Positions 35,110 to 48,800 of a stretch of 60,434 bases of DNA are shown piece by piece. The notes under the pieces were generated by a model. That model was not told the origin of the DNA, searched no databases, and was given only the letters and a program-made list of their open reading frames with translations. Source of the stretch: Eledone cirrhosa (Eukaryota); NCBI GenBank assembly GCA_964016885.1, contig CAXHJY010001666.1, positions 1-60,434 of the forward strand, in the 5' to 3' direction. How positions within the stretch are numbered: the stretch's first letter is position 1; the number at the start of each line of letters is the position of its first letter. The translations under genes and the position numbers were made by a program.

Positions 35110-35950
35110 ACAGCTCACATCTATGTGTGTGTGTGTTACAGCTGGCCTCCTCCAAGGTATATCTCGTTGGAGGTGTTTGGGGTAATTTAATGATAGGGAC
35201 CCCAGTCCTATCATCTCATTTCTACAGCTGAGTAAACTGGAGCAACGTGAAATAAAGTGTCTTGCTCAAGGAAACAACACATCACCCGGTCCGAGAATTG
35301 AACTCACAACCTTTCGATTGCAAGGCCAATGCTCTAACCACTAATCCATGTGTGTGTGTTACATCTATGTGGGCTTAGCTGGTCTTTTATGAGGTTTAGC
35401 TGGCTTTCTATGAAGTTTAGCTGGCTTTCTATGAGGTTGAATCTCATAGAAGGTGTATCAGGTGTTTTAATGATAAGGGTCCAAGCCCTATCTTGTAACT
35501 GTTCACACCTATGTAGTTTTAGCTGGCCTCCAACGAGATTGTATCTCATAGGACGTTTTGGGGGTGTTTTAATGATAGGGACCCCAATCTTATTATGTTG
35601 TTACAGCTCACACCTATGCAGGTTTAGTTGCATCTCATAGGTTTCTCAGGTGTTTTAATGAGAGGGGCTCCAGTCCTGTCATGTTGTAATAGCTCACACC
35701 TGTGTAGTTTTAGTTGCATCACATAGGTTTTTCAGGTGTTTTAATGAGAGAGGCTCCAGTCCTATCATGTGATAACAGCTCAGACCTGTGTAGGTTTAGC
35801 TCATCGTCTCCTTTATCGAGTGTTTTGATGATAGTGACCCCAATTATATCATGTTGTTGTTGAAGCTCACACCTATATAGGTTTAACTGACATTGTGCAA
35901 GGTTGCATTTCATAGGAAGTTTCTCAGGGGTTTTAATGATATGAACCTAA
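35110..35950. repeat. Degenerate tandem repeat (about 60-110-bp units) with a SINE head fragment at 35190-35352
   Basis: Recurring gttacagctcacacctatgtaggtttagct...ctcataggaggtttctcaggtgttttaatgatagggacccca; a solo copy lies at 20512-20595. Confidence 0.75.
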
Positions 35951-36596
35951 TCATATCAGGGAAGCCCTAAAACACAATGTATTGTCTGATCTGGGAATTT
36001 TACCCATGACCTTATGGTCATGTACCTTAACCATTGATCCATGCACCTTTATAGTCATGTCTTTTACTCTATTATGAGTTCTAGCTGACAGGCTGAGGCC
36101 ATGCTGGGGCACTGCCTATGTCTGTATTCATAAAGTAATTTTTTTTTACTGGTTTTAGTCATTTGACTGTGGCCATGCTGGGGCACTGCCATTATGTTAA
36201 TTTTTTTTGCTCATGATTCTCATTCTCTTCAGTTATTTCCTCTATATCTTCCTCCTCAACATCATCACCATCATCATCCTCCTGCTCTTCCCCCTCACAC
36301 CGCTTCCCTCTCCCACCGCTTCCCTCTCCCACCTCTTCCCTCTCCCACCTCTTCATCCTCCTATTTCTTCCATCTCTGCACCTTCTTCCTCCTCCTCCTC
36401 TTCCTAATTCTCCTAACCCCTATTTTCTCCCCCTCTATATACCATTACTGTCTATTTTGTTAAGGTTCTGTTGTTATTATTCTTCCTGTCTGAGGTAAAT
36501 ATACCCTCTCCAAACATGAAAGGAAAACTAATCCCTAATGTTTTGAATTGACTCCCTTATGTATCTATTGTGTGTGTATATTATATATGTGTGTGT

Positions 36597-36632
<36 letters not shown>

Positions 36633-36759
36633 CGTGTGTATGTGTGTATGTATATATTTATGTATATATAAATGTGTGTATATGTATATATATGTATATG
36701 TATATATATATATGTATGTGTATATGTATATATATATATGTATGTGTATATGTATATAT

Positions 36760-38949
36760 GAGCATCTAGAATCGGACAATATAGAGGGACAGTGGGAATT
36801 TCTGAAAGCAAACCTGCTGTTGGCGACAGACGAAGTCTGTGGCTGGAGCAGGCCTGTAGGCAGGAGGAGAGTAACATGGTGGTGGAACAGTAAGGTGGAG
36901 GGGTCAATTAAGGCCAAAAAGCAGGCTTGGAAAGTATGGCGGGATGGGGGAAGTAGAGTAGACTATCAAGTGGCCAGGAGGGAAGCTAGGAGAGAAGTGT
37001 ACTTAGCAAGAAGGGAAGCTGAGGAAAGAAAGTTCAAGCATGTTCTACAACGCGATGACCAAAAACGTGAGGTGTTCAGGATTGCTAGGCAATGCGTCAA
37101 GGAAAACCGTGATATTGTCGGGGAGAAGTGTGTACTTAACGATGATGGCATACTTGCCATCACCGACACTGATAAGAAGGTAGCTTGGAAGTGTCACTAT
37201 GAAAGGCTACTAAATGAGGAGAATAAATGGGAGAAAGACAGTCTCCCCCATATCGACCCAATAGAGGGACCAGCAGTGTTAGTCGAGGGGAGTATAATAA
37301 GTAAGGCAATCAAAGATATGAAGACGGGTAAGGCGGCTGGGCCTTCGGAAATAGTTGCTGAGATGCTGAAGGCATCTGGCACGGTGGGACACACCATGGT
37401 CACCCGCATAGTTAACCAAGTCGTACAGAATGGGGTTGTTCCGAAGGACTGGCATAGCAGCATCATCGTTAACTGTTATAAGGGTAAAGGAGACGCCCTA
37501 GATAGGAGTAACTATAGAGGCATTAAATTAATCGACCAGGTCATGAAGGTCACGGAAAAAGTAATAGCGCAACTAATCAGAGAGAGAATTGACCTAGATG
37601 AAATGCAGTTCGGGTTTGTGTCAGGCAAAAGCACCACAGACGCTCTTTTCATAGTACGACAACTACAGGAGAAGTACCTAGCTAAAGGTAAACCCCTCTA
37701 CTTAGCTTTTGTCGACCTGGAGAAAGCCTTCGACAGAGTCCCCCGCTCCATTATCTGGTGGGCTCTTAGAAAACTAGGCGTTGACGAATGGCTTGTGAGG
37801 GCTATACAAGCCATGTATAAAGAAACAGTCAGCAAGGTTAGAATTAACAACGAATATAGTGAAGAGTTTAGCGTAAAAGTTGGCGTCCATCAGGGCTCTC
37901 TTCTCAGCCCCCTACTATTTATTATTGCCCTTCAGGCTATAACAGAGGAGTTCAAGACAGGCTGCCCATGGGAACTCCTATACGCAGACGACCTGACACT
38001 CATAGCGGAATCAATGGCCGAGCTAGAGAAGAAATTCCAAACATGGAAGCACGGCCTAGAGTCAAAAGGACTTAAAATTAACCTGGCTAAGACCAAAGTT
38101 CTAGTTTGTAGGAAAGAAAACAAGGCGGCGGTCCCTTCTGGGAAATGGTCGTGCTCGGTGTGTAGGAAAGGCGTAGGTAGAAACTCCATTTTATGTCCTA
38201 AATGCAAAGTATGGGTGCATAAAAGATGTAGTGGGATCACAGGTAAGCTAACTAAGAACATAGATTTTACATGTGGCCGGTGTTCTGGTGCAATAAGTAG
38301 CAGCAAGTGCCCACAAAATACTAGCTCTTTCAATTGCGCAGAGGGTTCTATAGAAATAGTGGACAGCTTCCGTTACCTGGGCGATAAAATCAGCAGTGGG
38401 GGAGGGTGCTCTGAAAGTACTGTAGCTAGAGTCAGAACTGGTTGGAAAAAGTTCAGAGAGCTTATACCACTATTAGCTGCTAAAGGGTTCTCCCTAAAAA
38501 TGAAAGGCAGGTTGTACGATGCCTGCATACGAACAGCAATGTTGCATGGCAGTGAGACCTGGGCATTGTGTGCAGAGGATATACGCAGACTAGAGAGGAA
38601 CGAAGCTTGCATGCTCCGCTGGATGTGTAACAGTAATATACGTGAACGGCAAAGCATAAACGAACTAAGGAAAAAATTAGAGATAAGAGGGATCAGATGT
38701 TGTTTACTCGAGAGAAGGCTACGTTGGTATGGACACGTGATGCGCATGAAAGTCGATAGCTGTATAACAAAGTGCAGGGCAATAAAGATAGACGGTAGCC
38801 ACGGAATAGGCAGACCTAGAAAAACCTGGGATGAGCTGATAAACTCCGACCTCACACACTTACACCTCTCCAAGACAATGTCACTGGACCGAGACCTTTG
38901 GCGGTACTCAGTAACAGAGAAGACCCGCCTTGCCAGTAGGCATCTCTAA
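36760..38949 (+). CDS. Uninterrupted RTE reverse transcriptase frame with PHD-type finger; no endonuclease and no authentic start
   Basis: Open frame with [13 protein letters not shown] and YADD. The N-terminal extension in the ORF track is microsatellite read-through. Confidence 0.8.
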   Translation, partial: EHLESDNIEGQWEFLKANLLLATDEVCGWSRPVGRRRVTWWWNSKVEGSIKAKKQAWKVWRDGGSRVDYQVARREARREVYLARREAEERKFKHVLQRDDQKREVFRIARQCVKENRDIVGEKCVLNDDGILAITDTDKKVAWKCHYERLLNEENKWEKDSLPHIDPIEGPAVLVEGSIISKAIKDMKTGKAAGPSEIVAEMLKASGTVGHTMVTRIVNQVVQNGVVPKDWHSSIIVNCYKGKGDALDRSNYRGIKLIDQVMKVTEKVIAQLIRERIDLDEMQFGFVSGKSTTDALFIVRQLQEKYLAKGKPLYLAFVDLEKAFDRVPRSIIWWALRKLGVDEWLVRAIQAMYKETVSKVRINNEYSEEFSVKVGVHQGSLLSPLLFIIALQAITEEFKTGCPWELLYADDLTLIAESMAELEKKFQTWKHGLESKGLKINLAKTKVLVCRKENKAAVPSGKWSCSVCRKGVGRNSILCPKCKVWVHKRCSGITGKLTKNIDFTCGRCSGAISSSKCPQNTSSFNCAEGSIEIVDSFRYLGDKISSGGGCSESTVARVRTGWKKFRELIPLLAAKGFSLKMKGRLYDACIRTAMLHGSETWALCAEDIRRLERNEACMLRWMCNSNIRERQSINELRKKLEIRGIRCCLLERRLRWYGHVMRMKVDSCITKCRAIKIDGSHGIGRPRKTWDELINSDLTHLHLSKTMSLDRDLWRYSVTEKTRLASRHL

Positions 38950-39298
38950 CAAAATACACCCCGTCCCGCCACCACCCCCACCCCATCCACACCACCCCGT
39001 TCTATGTAAAGTTATGTTGGTGCCGCGCCATCCAGGCCGAAACAAATGAGATCGTGTAGGTGTCACGACAAAAAAACACACAGTCCACGCTGTAATGTGG
39101 CCGTGTAGGCAACACGGTAAAAACCTCCCAGACCCACACTGTAAATGTGGTTGGTGTTAGGAAGGGCATCCAACTGTAGAAAACCTGCGAGACAGTCCTA
39201 TGCGAGCAAGACAATCACTCTTGCCTCAAGTGGGACTACCCCCGTCCAAACCCATGCAAGCGTGGAACACGGACGTTAAACGTTGATGATGATGATGA
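36760..39298 (+). mobile_element. 5'-truncated RTE LINE (subfamily B)
   Basis: RT ORF, 3' UTR and (GAT)n, between TA/TG microsatellites. Confidence 0.95.
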
Positions 39299-40190
39299 TA
39301 TATGTATGTGTATATGTATATATGTATATATATATATGTATGTGTATATGTATATATATATATATGTATGTGTATATGTATATATATATATGTATGTGTA
39401 TATGTGTATATGTATATGTATGTGTATATGTATATATGTATATATATGTGTATATGTATATATGTATATATATGTGTATATGTATATATGTGTGTATATG
39501 TATATATACACACATATGTGCATATATATATATATGTATCTATGTATATATATATATATATATGTGTATGTGTGTATATATATATGTATATATGTGTGTA
39601 TGTGTGTGTATATATATATATGTATGTGTGTATGTGTGTATATATATATGTATATGTGTGTATGTGTGTATATATATATATGTATATGTGTGTATGTGTG
39701 TATATATATATGTATATGTGTGTATGTGTGTATATATATATATGAATATATGTGTATATGTGTGTATATGTATATGTGTGTGTATATATATATATATATG
39801 TGTGTGTGTATATATATATATGTGTGTGTATATATATATGTGTGTGTATATATATATGTGTGTGTATATATATATGTATATGTGTATATATATGTATATG
39901 TGTATATATATGTATATGTGTATATATATGTATACGTGTATATATATGTATATGTGTATATATATGTATGTGTATATATATATATGTGTATGTGTATATA
40001 TATGTATATGTGTATATATATGTATATGTGTATATATATGTATATGTGTATATATATGTATATGTGTATATATATATATGTGTGTGTATATATATATATA
40101 TATATATGTATATGTGTGTGCATATATATATATATGAGTGTGTATATATATATATATATATATATGTGTGTATATATATATATATGTGTG

Positions 40191-40287
<97 letters not shown>

Positions 40288-40975
40288 ATATGTGTGTGTA
40301 TATATATATGTAAGTGTATATGTGTGTGTATATATATATGTAAGTGTATATATATATACATGTATGTGTATATATATATATATGTGTATAATATGTGTAT
40401 ATGTGTGTGTATATATATATAAGTATATATGTATATATATATATATATATAAGTATATATGTATATATATATATATATATAAGTGTATATATGTATATAT
40501 ATATATATATATGTAAGTGTATATATGTATATATATATATATATATGTAAGTGTATATATGTATATATATATATATATATGTAAGTGTATATATGTATAT
40601 ATATATATATATGTAAGTGTATATATATATATATATATGTAAGTGTATATATGTATATATATATATATATGTAAGTGTATATATGTATATATATATATAT
40701 ATGTAAGTGTATATATGTATATATATATATATGTAAGTGTATATATGTATATATATATATATATATATGTATGTGTATGTATATATATATATATATATAT
40801 GTATGTGTATATATATATATATATATATGTATGTGTATATATATATATGTATGTATGTGTATATATATATATATATATATGTGTATATGTGTGTGTATAT
40901 ATATATGTGTGTGTATATATGTATATATATATATATGTAAGTGTATATATGTATATATATATATATGTGTGTGTG
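39299..40975. repeat. (TA)/(TG) compound microsatellite with a gtaagtgt-anchored sub-array
   Basis: Direct reading; taagtgtatatatg units at about 40310-40950. Confidence 0.97.
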
Positions 40976-41049
40976 AGGCCATCATATGATTACCTTAATG
41001 TTGGAACTGGAAGAGGAACTCCATGCTGCCATGTGTATATATTCATGCA

Positions 41050-41170
41050 ATAATTGTTTCTACTTTTGGCACAAGGCCAACAATTATTACGCAGTACATT
41101 ACTGGTACTTTATTTTATCGGCCCTGTAAGGATGAAAGGCAAAGTTAACCTCGGTGGGATTTGAAGTCAT
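41050..41170 (-). mobile_element. SINE family 2 fragment
   Basis: actggtactttattttatcg...aaggatgaaaggcaaagttaacc. Confidence 0.7.
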
Positions 41171-41410
41171 GTAATAATGTAAGTCAGTTATATTATACTG
41201 TACACATGTATATGCATATATGTGTATGTATGCACGTATATATATATATATATATATATATATAATGTGTGTGGTAAAACATGAACAAAATAAAAGGAAC
41301 TCTACACCTTAGGTAGAGTAAATATGACCCTAAATGTGTGTATGTATATATATATGTATGTGTATGTATATGTGTGCACATGCGTGTATGTATATATGTA
41401 TGTATATATA

Positions 41411-41455
<45 letters not shown>

Positions 41456-41849
41456 TCTCACACATACATACATGTGTGTGTACTTATATGTATGCCTGTT
41501 ATGTGTGTGTGTTATGTATATCCTGTGTAAGTTGTGTGTTATATAAAAAAAATTGACTCCTGTCACAGGACAGCTTCTGTTTATCTAATAACTTTTGTAA
41601 AATCTTTTTACGCTTGCCCCCCCTTGCCACATCTGCTGGCCTTGTACATCCTTTTAAAAATCTCCACACTATATACACCATCCTAGTTTCCTTCTTGGTA
41701 TCCCTTTCAGAAAAAGGGGCCCCTATTTTTTTTGTTATAATTTTTTATTTTCTTATTTTACACTCCCTTTTTTGGGAGGCGTGGGATGTGGATGTGGGTT
41801 GCCTTTATTTTTGTGGGTTTATATTGGCAGAATCATTCATCCCAACTCT

Positions 41850-42735
41850 TTAGATTCGGAGTTGAAATCCCCGGGAGGCCAACTTTGCTATTCACTCATC
41901 TAGAGTCAGGGTTGCTAACACAAGGTACCAGTACTAGGGTTGAAATCAACTTTCATTTTACCCCTAAATTTCTGGCCTTGTGCAAGTGTAAGAAATTATC
42001 ACTATTATTAGGTGGTGGATTGGCAGTATCGGTAGAGGGTCGGACGCCATGCTTTGACGCATAGAGTTACGGCCCTTGCCATTCTGAGTTCAAATCCCGC
42101 CGAGGTTAACTCTGCCTTTCATCCTTACGGGGTCGATAAAATAAAGTACCAGTAATGCACTGGGACATCTGCTGGCCTTGTGCCAAAAGTAGAAACAATT
42201 ATTAGTTATAATGAAGGGCAGTGGATAGGCAGAATCATTAACATCAAACAGATTCTTAGCAGTATTCTGGCTCTTTATATTCTGAGTTCAAATCCTTTGA
42301 AAGTTAACTTTGCCTTACATCCTTCCAGGGTTGATAAAATAAAATCCCAGTCAACTCCAGTTAAGTACTGGGTCTTTGTTACAGCTCTCTACATTCTGAG
42401 TTCAAATGTTGTCAGGAGCTAGCTTTGCCTTTCATCCTTCCTAAGTTGATAAAATATAGTACCCGTCAAGATATAATTGACAATCCCCTCCCCCTGTATT
42501 ACTGGCCTTGTGCCTCAAGTAGAAATTATAGGATTGGTAGTATTGGCAGTGTCAGACAACATTTCTAAGTTCAAATTCCTTAACATTCTGAGTTCAAATC
42601 CCGCTGAAGTTACTTTCACCTTTCATCCTTACAGGGTGGATAAAATAAAGTACCAGTAATGCACTTGGATCGATTTAATTCACTTCCCCTCCCCCAAATT
42701 GTTTGCTTTCTGCCTAAATCAAAAACTATTATTAT
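41850..42735 (+). mobile_element. Cluster of SINE family 2 copies (most complete at about 42010-42205)
   Basis: About five repeats of gttcaaat...ctttgcctttcatcctt...gataaaat...gtaccagt. Confidence 0.75.
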
Positions 42736-43371
42736 TTATTTATATTTATTCATTTTAATTTATATTATTTTGCTGCTGTGAGATCAGTGGCTCCGATAAA
42801 TTACTTAGTCTGTGACAACCTGTCCAACCCCTAGCAGGGAAAACAGACGTTAAAAGATGATGATGCTAATGATGATGATAATGCACCAAAACAAAAAAGG
42901 TTTTCCAGTTTCATTTTGCTTTTTGCAACACATAGTTGATGTGGTATGAAATGGTGGCAGTGAGAGGAAGATTGGGGTTGTTAGGTATGGCTGTTGTTTG
43001 GATTTCACTCTTGTATTTATATGCACATGTGTGTGTGTGTATATATATATGTGTGTATATATGTGTGTGTGTGTATATATGTGTGTGTATGTATGTGTGT
43101 GTGTGTGTATATATATGTGTGTGTATGTATGTATATATATATATGCATGTATTAAAATATTGATTAATACATAAAGTAATTAATCATATTGTCTGACAAA
43201 AGTATAGGTTAATCAAAGTGCTACAAGTAGTCACTATTAGAACCTGAAGTCAGATCTACTAATATAACTTAAAACATTTCATTATATATATATATATATA
43301 TAATATAATATTATTTCCATAGGAAGGGTAAAGGAAAGGAGTGTGCTCTATGTAAGCTACAGAGCTATTTA

Positions 43372-43915
43372 TCATCATCATCATCATCATCAACGTTTAA
43401 CGTCCGTGTTCCACGCTTGCATGGGTTTGGACGGGGGTAGTCCCACTTGAGGCAAGAGTGATTGTCTTGCTCGCATAGGACTGTCTGGCAGGTTTTCTAC
43501 AGTTGGATGCCCTTCCTAACACCAACCACATTTACAGTGTGGGGCTGGGAGGTTTTTACCGTGTTGCCTACACGGCCACATTACAGCGTGGACTGTGTGT
43601 TTTTTTGTCGTGACACCTACACGATCTCATTTGTTTCGGCCTGGATGGCGCGGCACCAACATAACTTTACATAGAATGGGGTGGTGTGGATGGGGTGGGG
43701 GTGGTGGGACGGGGTGTATTTTGTTAGAGATGCCTACTGGCTGGAGTAGGTTTTACTATATATTTAGGTAAGGCGGGTCTTCTCTGTTACTGAGTACCGC
43801 CAAAGGTCTCGGTCCAGTGACATTGTCTTGGAGAGGTGTAAGTGTGTGATGTCGGAGTTTATCAGCTCGTCCCAGGTTTTTCTAGGTCTGCCTATTCCGT
43901 GACTACCGTCTATCT
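43372..43915 (-). mobile_element. RTE subfamily B 3' fragment
   Basis: Near-identical reverse complement of 58970-59508. Confidence 0.93.
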
Positions 43916-44006
43916 TATTGAATCAGTTATAAATATTTATATTTGTTGAATAACCAACAAATTGAATATCCCTTCTGCTTATATATATAATATATATATA
44001 TATATA

Positions 44007-44128
44007 GTGGTAGAACACTGGAAGGTAATATCTGTAGTGGTAGAGCACTCAGTTCATGGGACGAGTTAGGTAGAAGTGGTTACAGAACTGTTAGTTCACC
44101 ATACCGGTGAACTAACTGTTGTGTAACC

Positions 44129-44132
<4 letters not shown>
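44007..44132. mobile_element. Tail plus fold-back module between TA tracts (unrelated in sequence to family F)
   Basis: aagtggttacagaactgttagttcacc pairs with ggtgaactaactgttgtgtaaccactt (27 bp, 2 mismatches). Confidence 0.65.
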
Positions 44133-44173
<41 letters not shown>

Positions 44174-44274
44174 TCATCAAACATATTTAATTATGTAATA
44201 AACAACATAAGACAATTATTCCATTTACCAAAGGTTTCACGAAGACAGACGAGCTCAAGAGAGACGTTTGTTAC

Positions 44275-44312
<38 letters not shown>

Positions 44313-44315
<3 letters not shown>

Positions 44316-44930
44316 TCATCATCGTTTAACGTCTATCTTCCACGCTAGCATGGGTTTAGACGGGAATTGTCCCACTTGAGGCAAGATTGGTTTGTTTTGC
44401 TCGTATAGGACTGTCTGGCGGCTTTTCTACGGCTGGATGCCCTTCCTAACACCAACCACTTTTGCAGTGTGGACTGGGAGGTTTTTACTGTGTTACCTAC
44501 ATGGCCACATTACAGCGAGGACTGTGTGTTTTTTTGTCGTGACACCTACACGACCTCATTTATTTAGGACTGGATGTTGTGGAACCAACATAACTTTACA
44601 GAGAAAGGGGTGGTGTAGTGTAGATGGGGGTGGGGGTAGTGGGACGGGGGTGTATTTTTGGTTAGGAGGTGCCTACTGACTAGATTTTGCTTTGTACTTA
44701 GGCAAGGTGGGTCTTCTGTATTACTGCGTAGCGCCAAAGATCTCGGTCCAGTGACATTGTCTTGGAGAGGTGTAAGTGTGTGAGGTCGGAATTTATCAAA
44801 TCGTCCCAGGTTTTTCTGGGTCTGCCTACTCCGTAGCTTCCATCTATTTTGATCGCCTTGCACTTTTTTATGCAGCTGTCGTCTTTCATGCGCATCACGT
44901 GACCATACCAACGTAGTCTTCTCTCGAGTA
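44313..44930 (-). mobile_element. RTE 3' fragment
   Basis: Minus strand encodes [23 protein letters not shown]...; (GAT)n tail. Confidence 0.92.
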
Positions 44931-45024
44931 TATCATTATCTATAACAGGCAGATTGTTGTTGTTGTGTGTGTGTGCATGTTCCATGTTTATACATTTGCA
45001 CAATTTCAAACCGATTCGACTCAG

Positions 45025-45734
45025 TCTGTAAGAATGTTGTAAATGGTCAATGACTATTTATTTCTTTCAAACTCACCCACAATTACGGAAATAGTCGATA
45101 AAACTAAATACATGACGCTTTACCCCTCTAATACAATCTGATTTACTCTCCCTAACTTCCATACATGCTGCAACCTTCTCTTATATACACTTATAAACCC
45201 ACTCCTTAATAATTTCCTTTAGAGAGAGAGAAAAAACAAATCTTTTTTTAAAACATCTATAATCAAACTCACACACAATTACATTTTGTGTATAACATAT
45301 TCACACGTTTATTGAGTGAAAAAAAACCGCATAGGGATTTTTGGTCAAACAACTTCACATTGCTGACAGAAGCGCGCTTTCAACAAACTGTGAGTTATTT
45401 ATTTGCCTCTGTAAGAATGTTGTAAATAGTCTAACTTAGGTCAACAACTATTTATTTATTTCAAAATCACCCACAATTACGGAAATGATTTCCTCTCTCT
45501 ACTCCACTTAAAAATCGAAAAAAAAAAAAAAATACATGCTGCAACCTTCTCTTATGTACGCTTAAAATCTTTTTTTAAAACATCTATCATCCAACTCACA
45601 CACAATTACATTTTGTGTATAACATATTTACACGTTTATTGAGTGAAAAAAAAAACCACATAGGGATTTTTGGCCAAACAACTTCAAATTGCTGACAGAA
45701 GCGCGCTTTCAACAAACTGAGTTATTTATTTGCC
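45025..45734. repeat. Tandem duplication in the Helitron 5' non-coding region
   Basis: tctgtaagaatgttgtaaat...gagttatttatttgcc at 45025-45407 and 45408-45734. Confidence 0.9.
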
Positions 45735-45843
45735 ATTCGTTCTCCCATTTTTTCCCCAGCGGAACGCAGATTGTTTTCAGCCTTATACTTTCAAAGACAA
45801 TTTTGCTGTAGAAGTAACTTTCACCCTTTCTTTTTCACATAAA

Positions 45844-48800
45844 ATGCCACCTAAAAAGAGAAGTCGCCTCACCGCGTCAGCGCAGAGGGCGATTACAGCA
45901 AATGAGCCCCTCGAGGAAACTGCTTTAAGACTTTCACAGAGCGCCTTACGTTCAGCGGAATGCAGAGCTGCTGAAAGTTTTCAACAGCGCACCGCACGCC
46001 TAGCCAAGATGGCTTCATACGATGCCTCAAGACGTGCTGCGATGTGCGATTCAGAGCGGGCGATACGTCATTCCAAAAAAAAACGCTTCTACTGCTACTT
46101 CCAGGGCTTCAGAGGGCCTGGAACAAAGGTCGACTCGCCTGAATAGAAACGCTGCTGCTTCCAGGGCTTCAGAGGGCCCAGAACAAAGGGCAGCTCGACT
46201 GACTAGAAACGCTGCGGCTACTGCTGCTTCCAGGGCTTTGGAAGGTTTGGAACGGCGGACGAATTGTCTTGCTAGGAACGCTGCGGCTATGACTGCTTCC
46301 ATGGCTTCTGAAGATGCAGACGGACGCTCCATTAAGATTGCAAGGGTGGCTTCTGCTAGTGCTGCGAGAACTTCCCACAGGAGCAACATTCTACGTTGGA
46401 GCGGAACAGTCGACGACAAGAAGCTGCCCGCAGTGTGACGAGCCCTGACGGCCCATACTGGCACCTACGGGCTTTCAAGTATGAGCCCAATGTTAACTAC
46501 TCGATTTGTGCCGATATAAATATAGGGGAAATGCGCTTCAATTGCAAATTCTGCAATGCTAAAAAGTGGGCTGGGGAGCCACCTGCAATGTGCTGCTTAA
46601 ACGGTAAGGTCAGCTTGCCCCCTCTTGGGGAACCACCAGAGCCTTTGAAGGAACTACTTACTGGTTCTACCTCAAGGTCATCCAAATTCCTTCAACTCAT
46701 CAGGAAGTACAATTGTGCGTTTCAAATGACTTCTTTCGGGGTTAACGTTGTCAGAGAAAGTGGGTGGATGCCTACTTTCAAGGTTCAGGGGCAGGTGTAC
46801 CATCTTATTGGGTCGCTCCAGCCACTACAAAATTGTAAGCCTTCGTTCCTTCAAATTTACTTCATTTCTAACTTCAGTAGACAAGTTGATGCGCGGTTCG
46901 GCGTTATTCCAACACCTGTAAACACTTTCGAAAGGGACGTGATGCTCAGTCTTCAAAACATGCTTCATGAGTACAACAGTTATATTCGCAGTTTCAAATA
47001 CGCATTGGAAACGAATCCTTCACCAAACTTCACCATTGTCATTGATGCTGACAAAAGACCTTCTGGGGAGCATGCATGCCGTTATAACGCTCCTTCGTGC
47101 AATGAAGTGGCCATAGTTATCCATGGTGAACAGCACAATAAGCGAGACATAGTTCTTCAAAGTCGTGACAGTGGTCTTCGACGCATTAATGAGACGCCTT
47201 CGTATATACAACGCCCTGCAGTAGCCCCTTCTTTTTGCATACGGAGAAGACGGGTACTATTTCGGCATTCCTCAGCGCAAACCAAACGAGCCCACTGCTG
47301 TGACATCTAAATCTGTTTCATGCATGGCTTTATACTCGTACTGCTTCATGACGAGGCCTAACGATTTCAGCACCCTGCACAGGCCACGGGAACTGTTTCA
47401 CCAGTTTGCAGTTGACATGGCTGCAAAGATGGAGTCGGAGAGACTGTGCTTCATAAAATTGAATCAGAAGCAGCTGCGCTCAGACTCCTACATCCATTTG
47501 CATGACGGCATCAGGAATGACACTGACCCCCGGAACATCGGCTAAATGTGCATTCTCCCCTCAACCTATACGGGGGGCGGTGGGGGGGGCGGTACATGCA
47601 CGAGCGAACACAGGACGCTATGACATTCGTTCAGCATTATGGGCGCCCCGATTTATCCTGTTTACGTGTAATCCTAAGTGGGTTGAGGTTACGCGGGAAC
47701 TTATCCCAGGGCAGCAGTACTGCCATCGGCATGATATTATTGCCAGGGTTTTCAGGCAGAAGCTGGCTAAGCTAATTGATCTAATAAAAAAAGGGAAGGT
47801 TTTCGGGCCTGTTAGGTGCCACATGTATACTATTTAGTGGCAGAAGAGAGGGTTGCCACACGCGCACATTTTGGTTTGATTGGTCACCAAAATAGACCCT
47901 ACAGTTTTAGATGACGTCATCGCAGCGGAAATACCGGACCCCATTGTTGACCGGCAGCTGTACAACATTGTGAAGGCACACATGGTGCACGGTCTGTGTG
48001 GTCCCGGTTTTCAAGAGTTCTCTTCATGCCACCATGACCATGTGTGCACTAAACGATACCCAAAGAAGTTTGTTGAGGAGACTCAGACCGGCGGCGACGG
48101 ATACCCACTGTACAGACGAAGGCGGCCTGAGAACTGTGGATTCACTATTACGTTACAGGTTCATCAAGTTGATAATAGGTGGGTGGTCCCGTACTGTCCA
48201 TTTCTGATGAAAACTTTCAACGCTCATATAAATGTGGAGTTCTGTCATTCAGTGAAGTCGATAAAGTACATATGTAAATATGTTAACAAGGGTTCCGACG
48301 CTGCCATGTTCGGCCTTCAAAACGACAATAGCAGGGACGAGGTCTCAGAGTACTTGGCAGGTCGATATATCAGCAGTGGTGAAGCTTTTTGGTGGATATT
48401 CGGGTTTCCACTTCACCAAAGGCACCCCGCCATCATACAACTAGCGGTTCATTTGGAAAACGGCCAGCGGGCTTACTTTACTGAACAGACTGCTGCTCAT
48501 TTGGCGGCCAATCCAAAAGAAACAACTTTGACTGTTTTTTTTACGCTTTGCCAACTTGACACATTTGCAAAAACACTTTCATATCCTCAGGTCCCGTCCT
48601 ACTACGTGTGGTCAAACAACACTTGGGTGCGTAGGAAGTCAGATCAGGATGTTGAAGGACATCCTGGTGTCAAGTTTGACAGTTGTCTAGGAAGAGTGTA
48701 CACTGTACCTCCCAACCAGCATGAGTGTTTTCACCTGCGCCTTCTCCTCGATGAGGTTTTTGGCCCACAAAGCTTTCGAAACATAAGAACTGTTGACGGT

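Noticed and set aside
39002-39214. Recurrent 70-79-aa ORFs (MSCSHRTV..., MPFLTPT...)
   Set aside because: They are antisense readings of the RTE/SINE 3' UTR; recurrence reflects repeat copy number.
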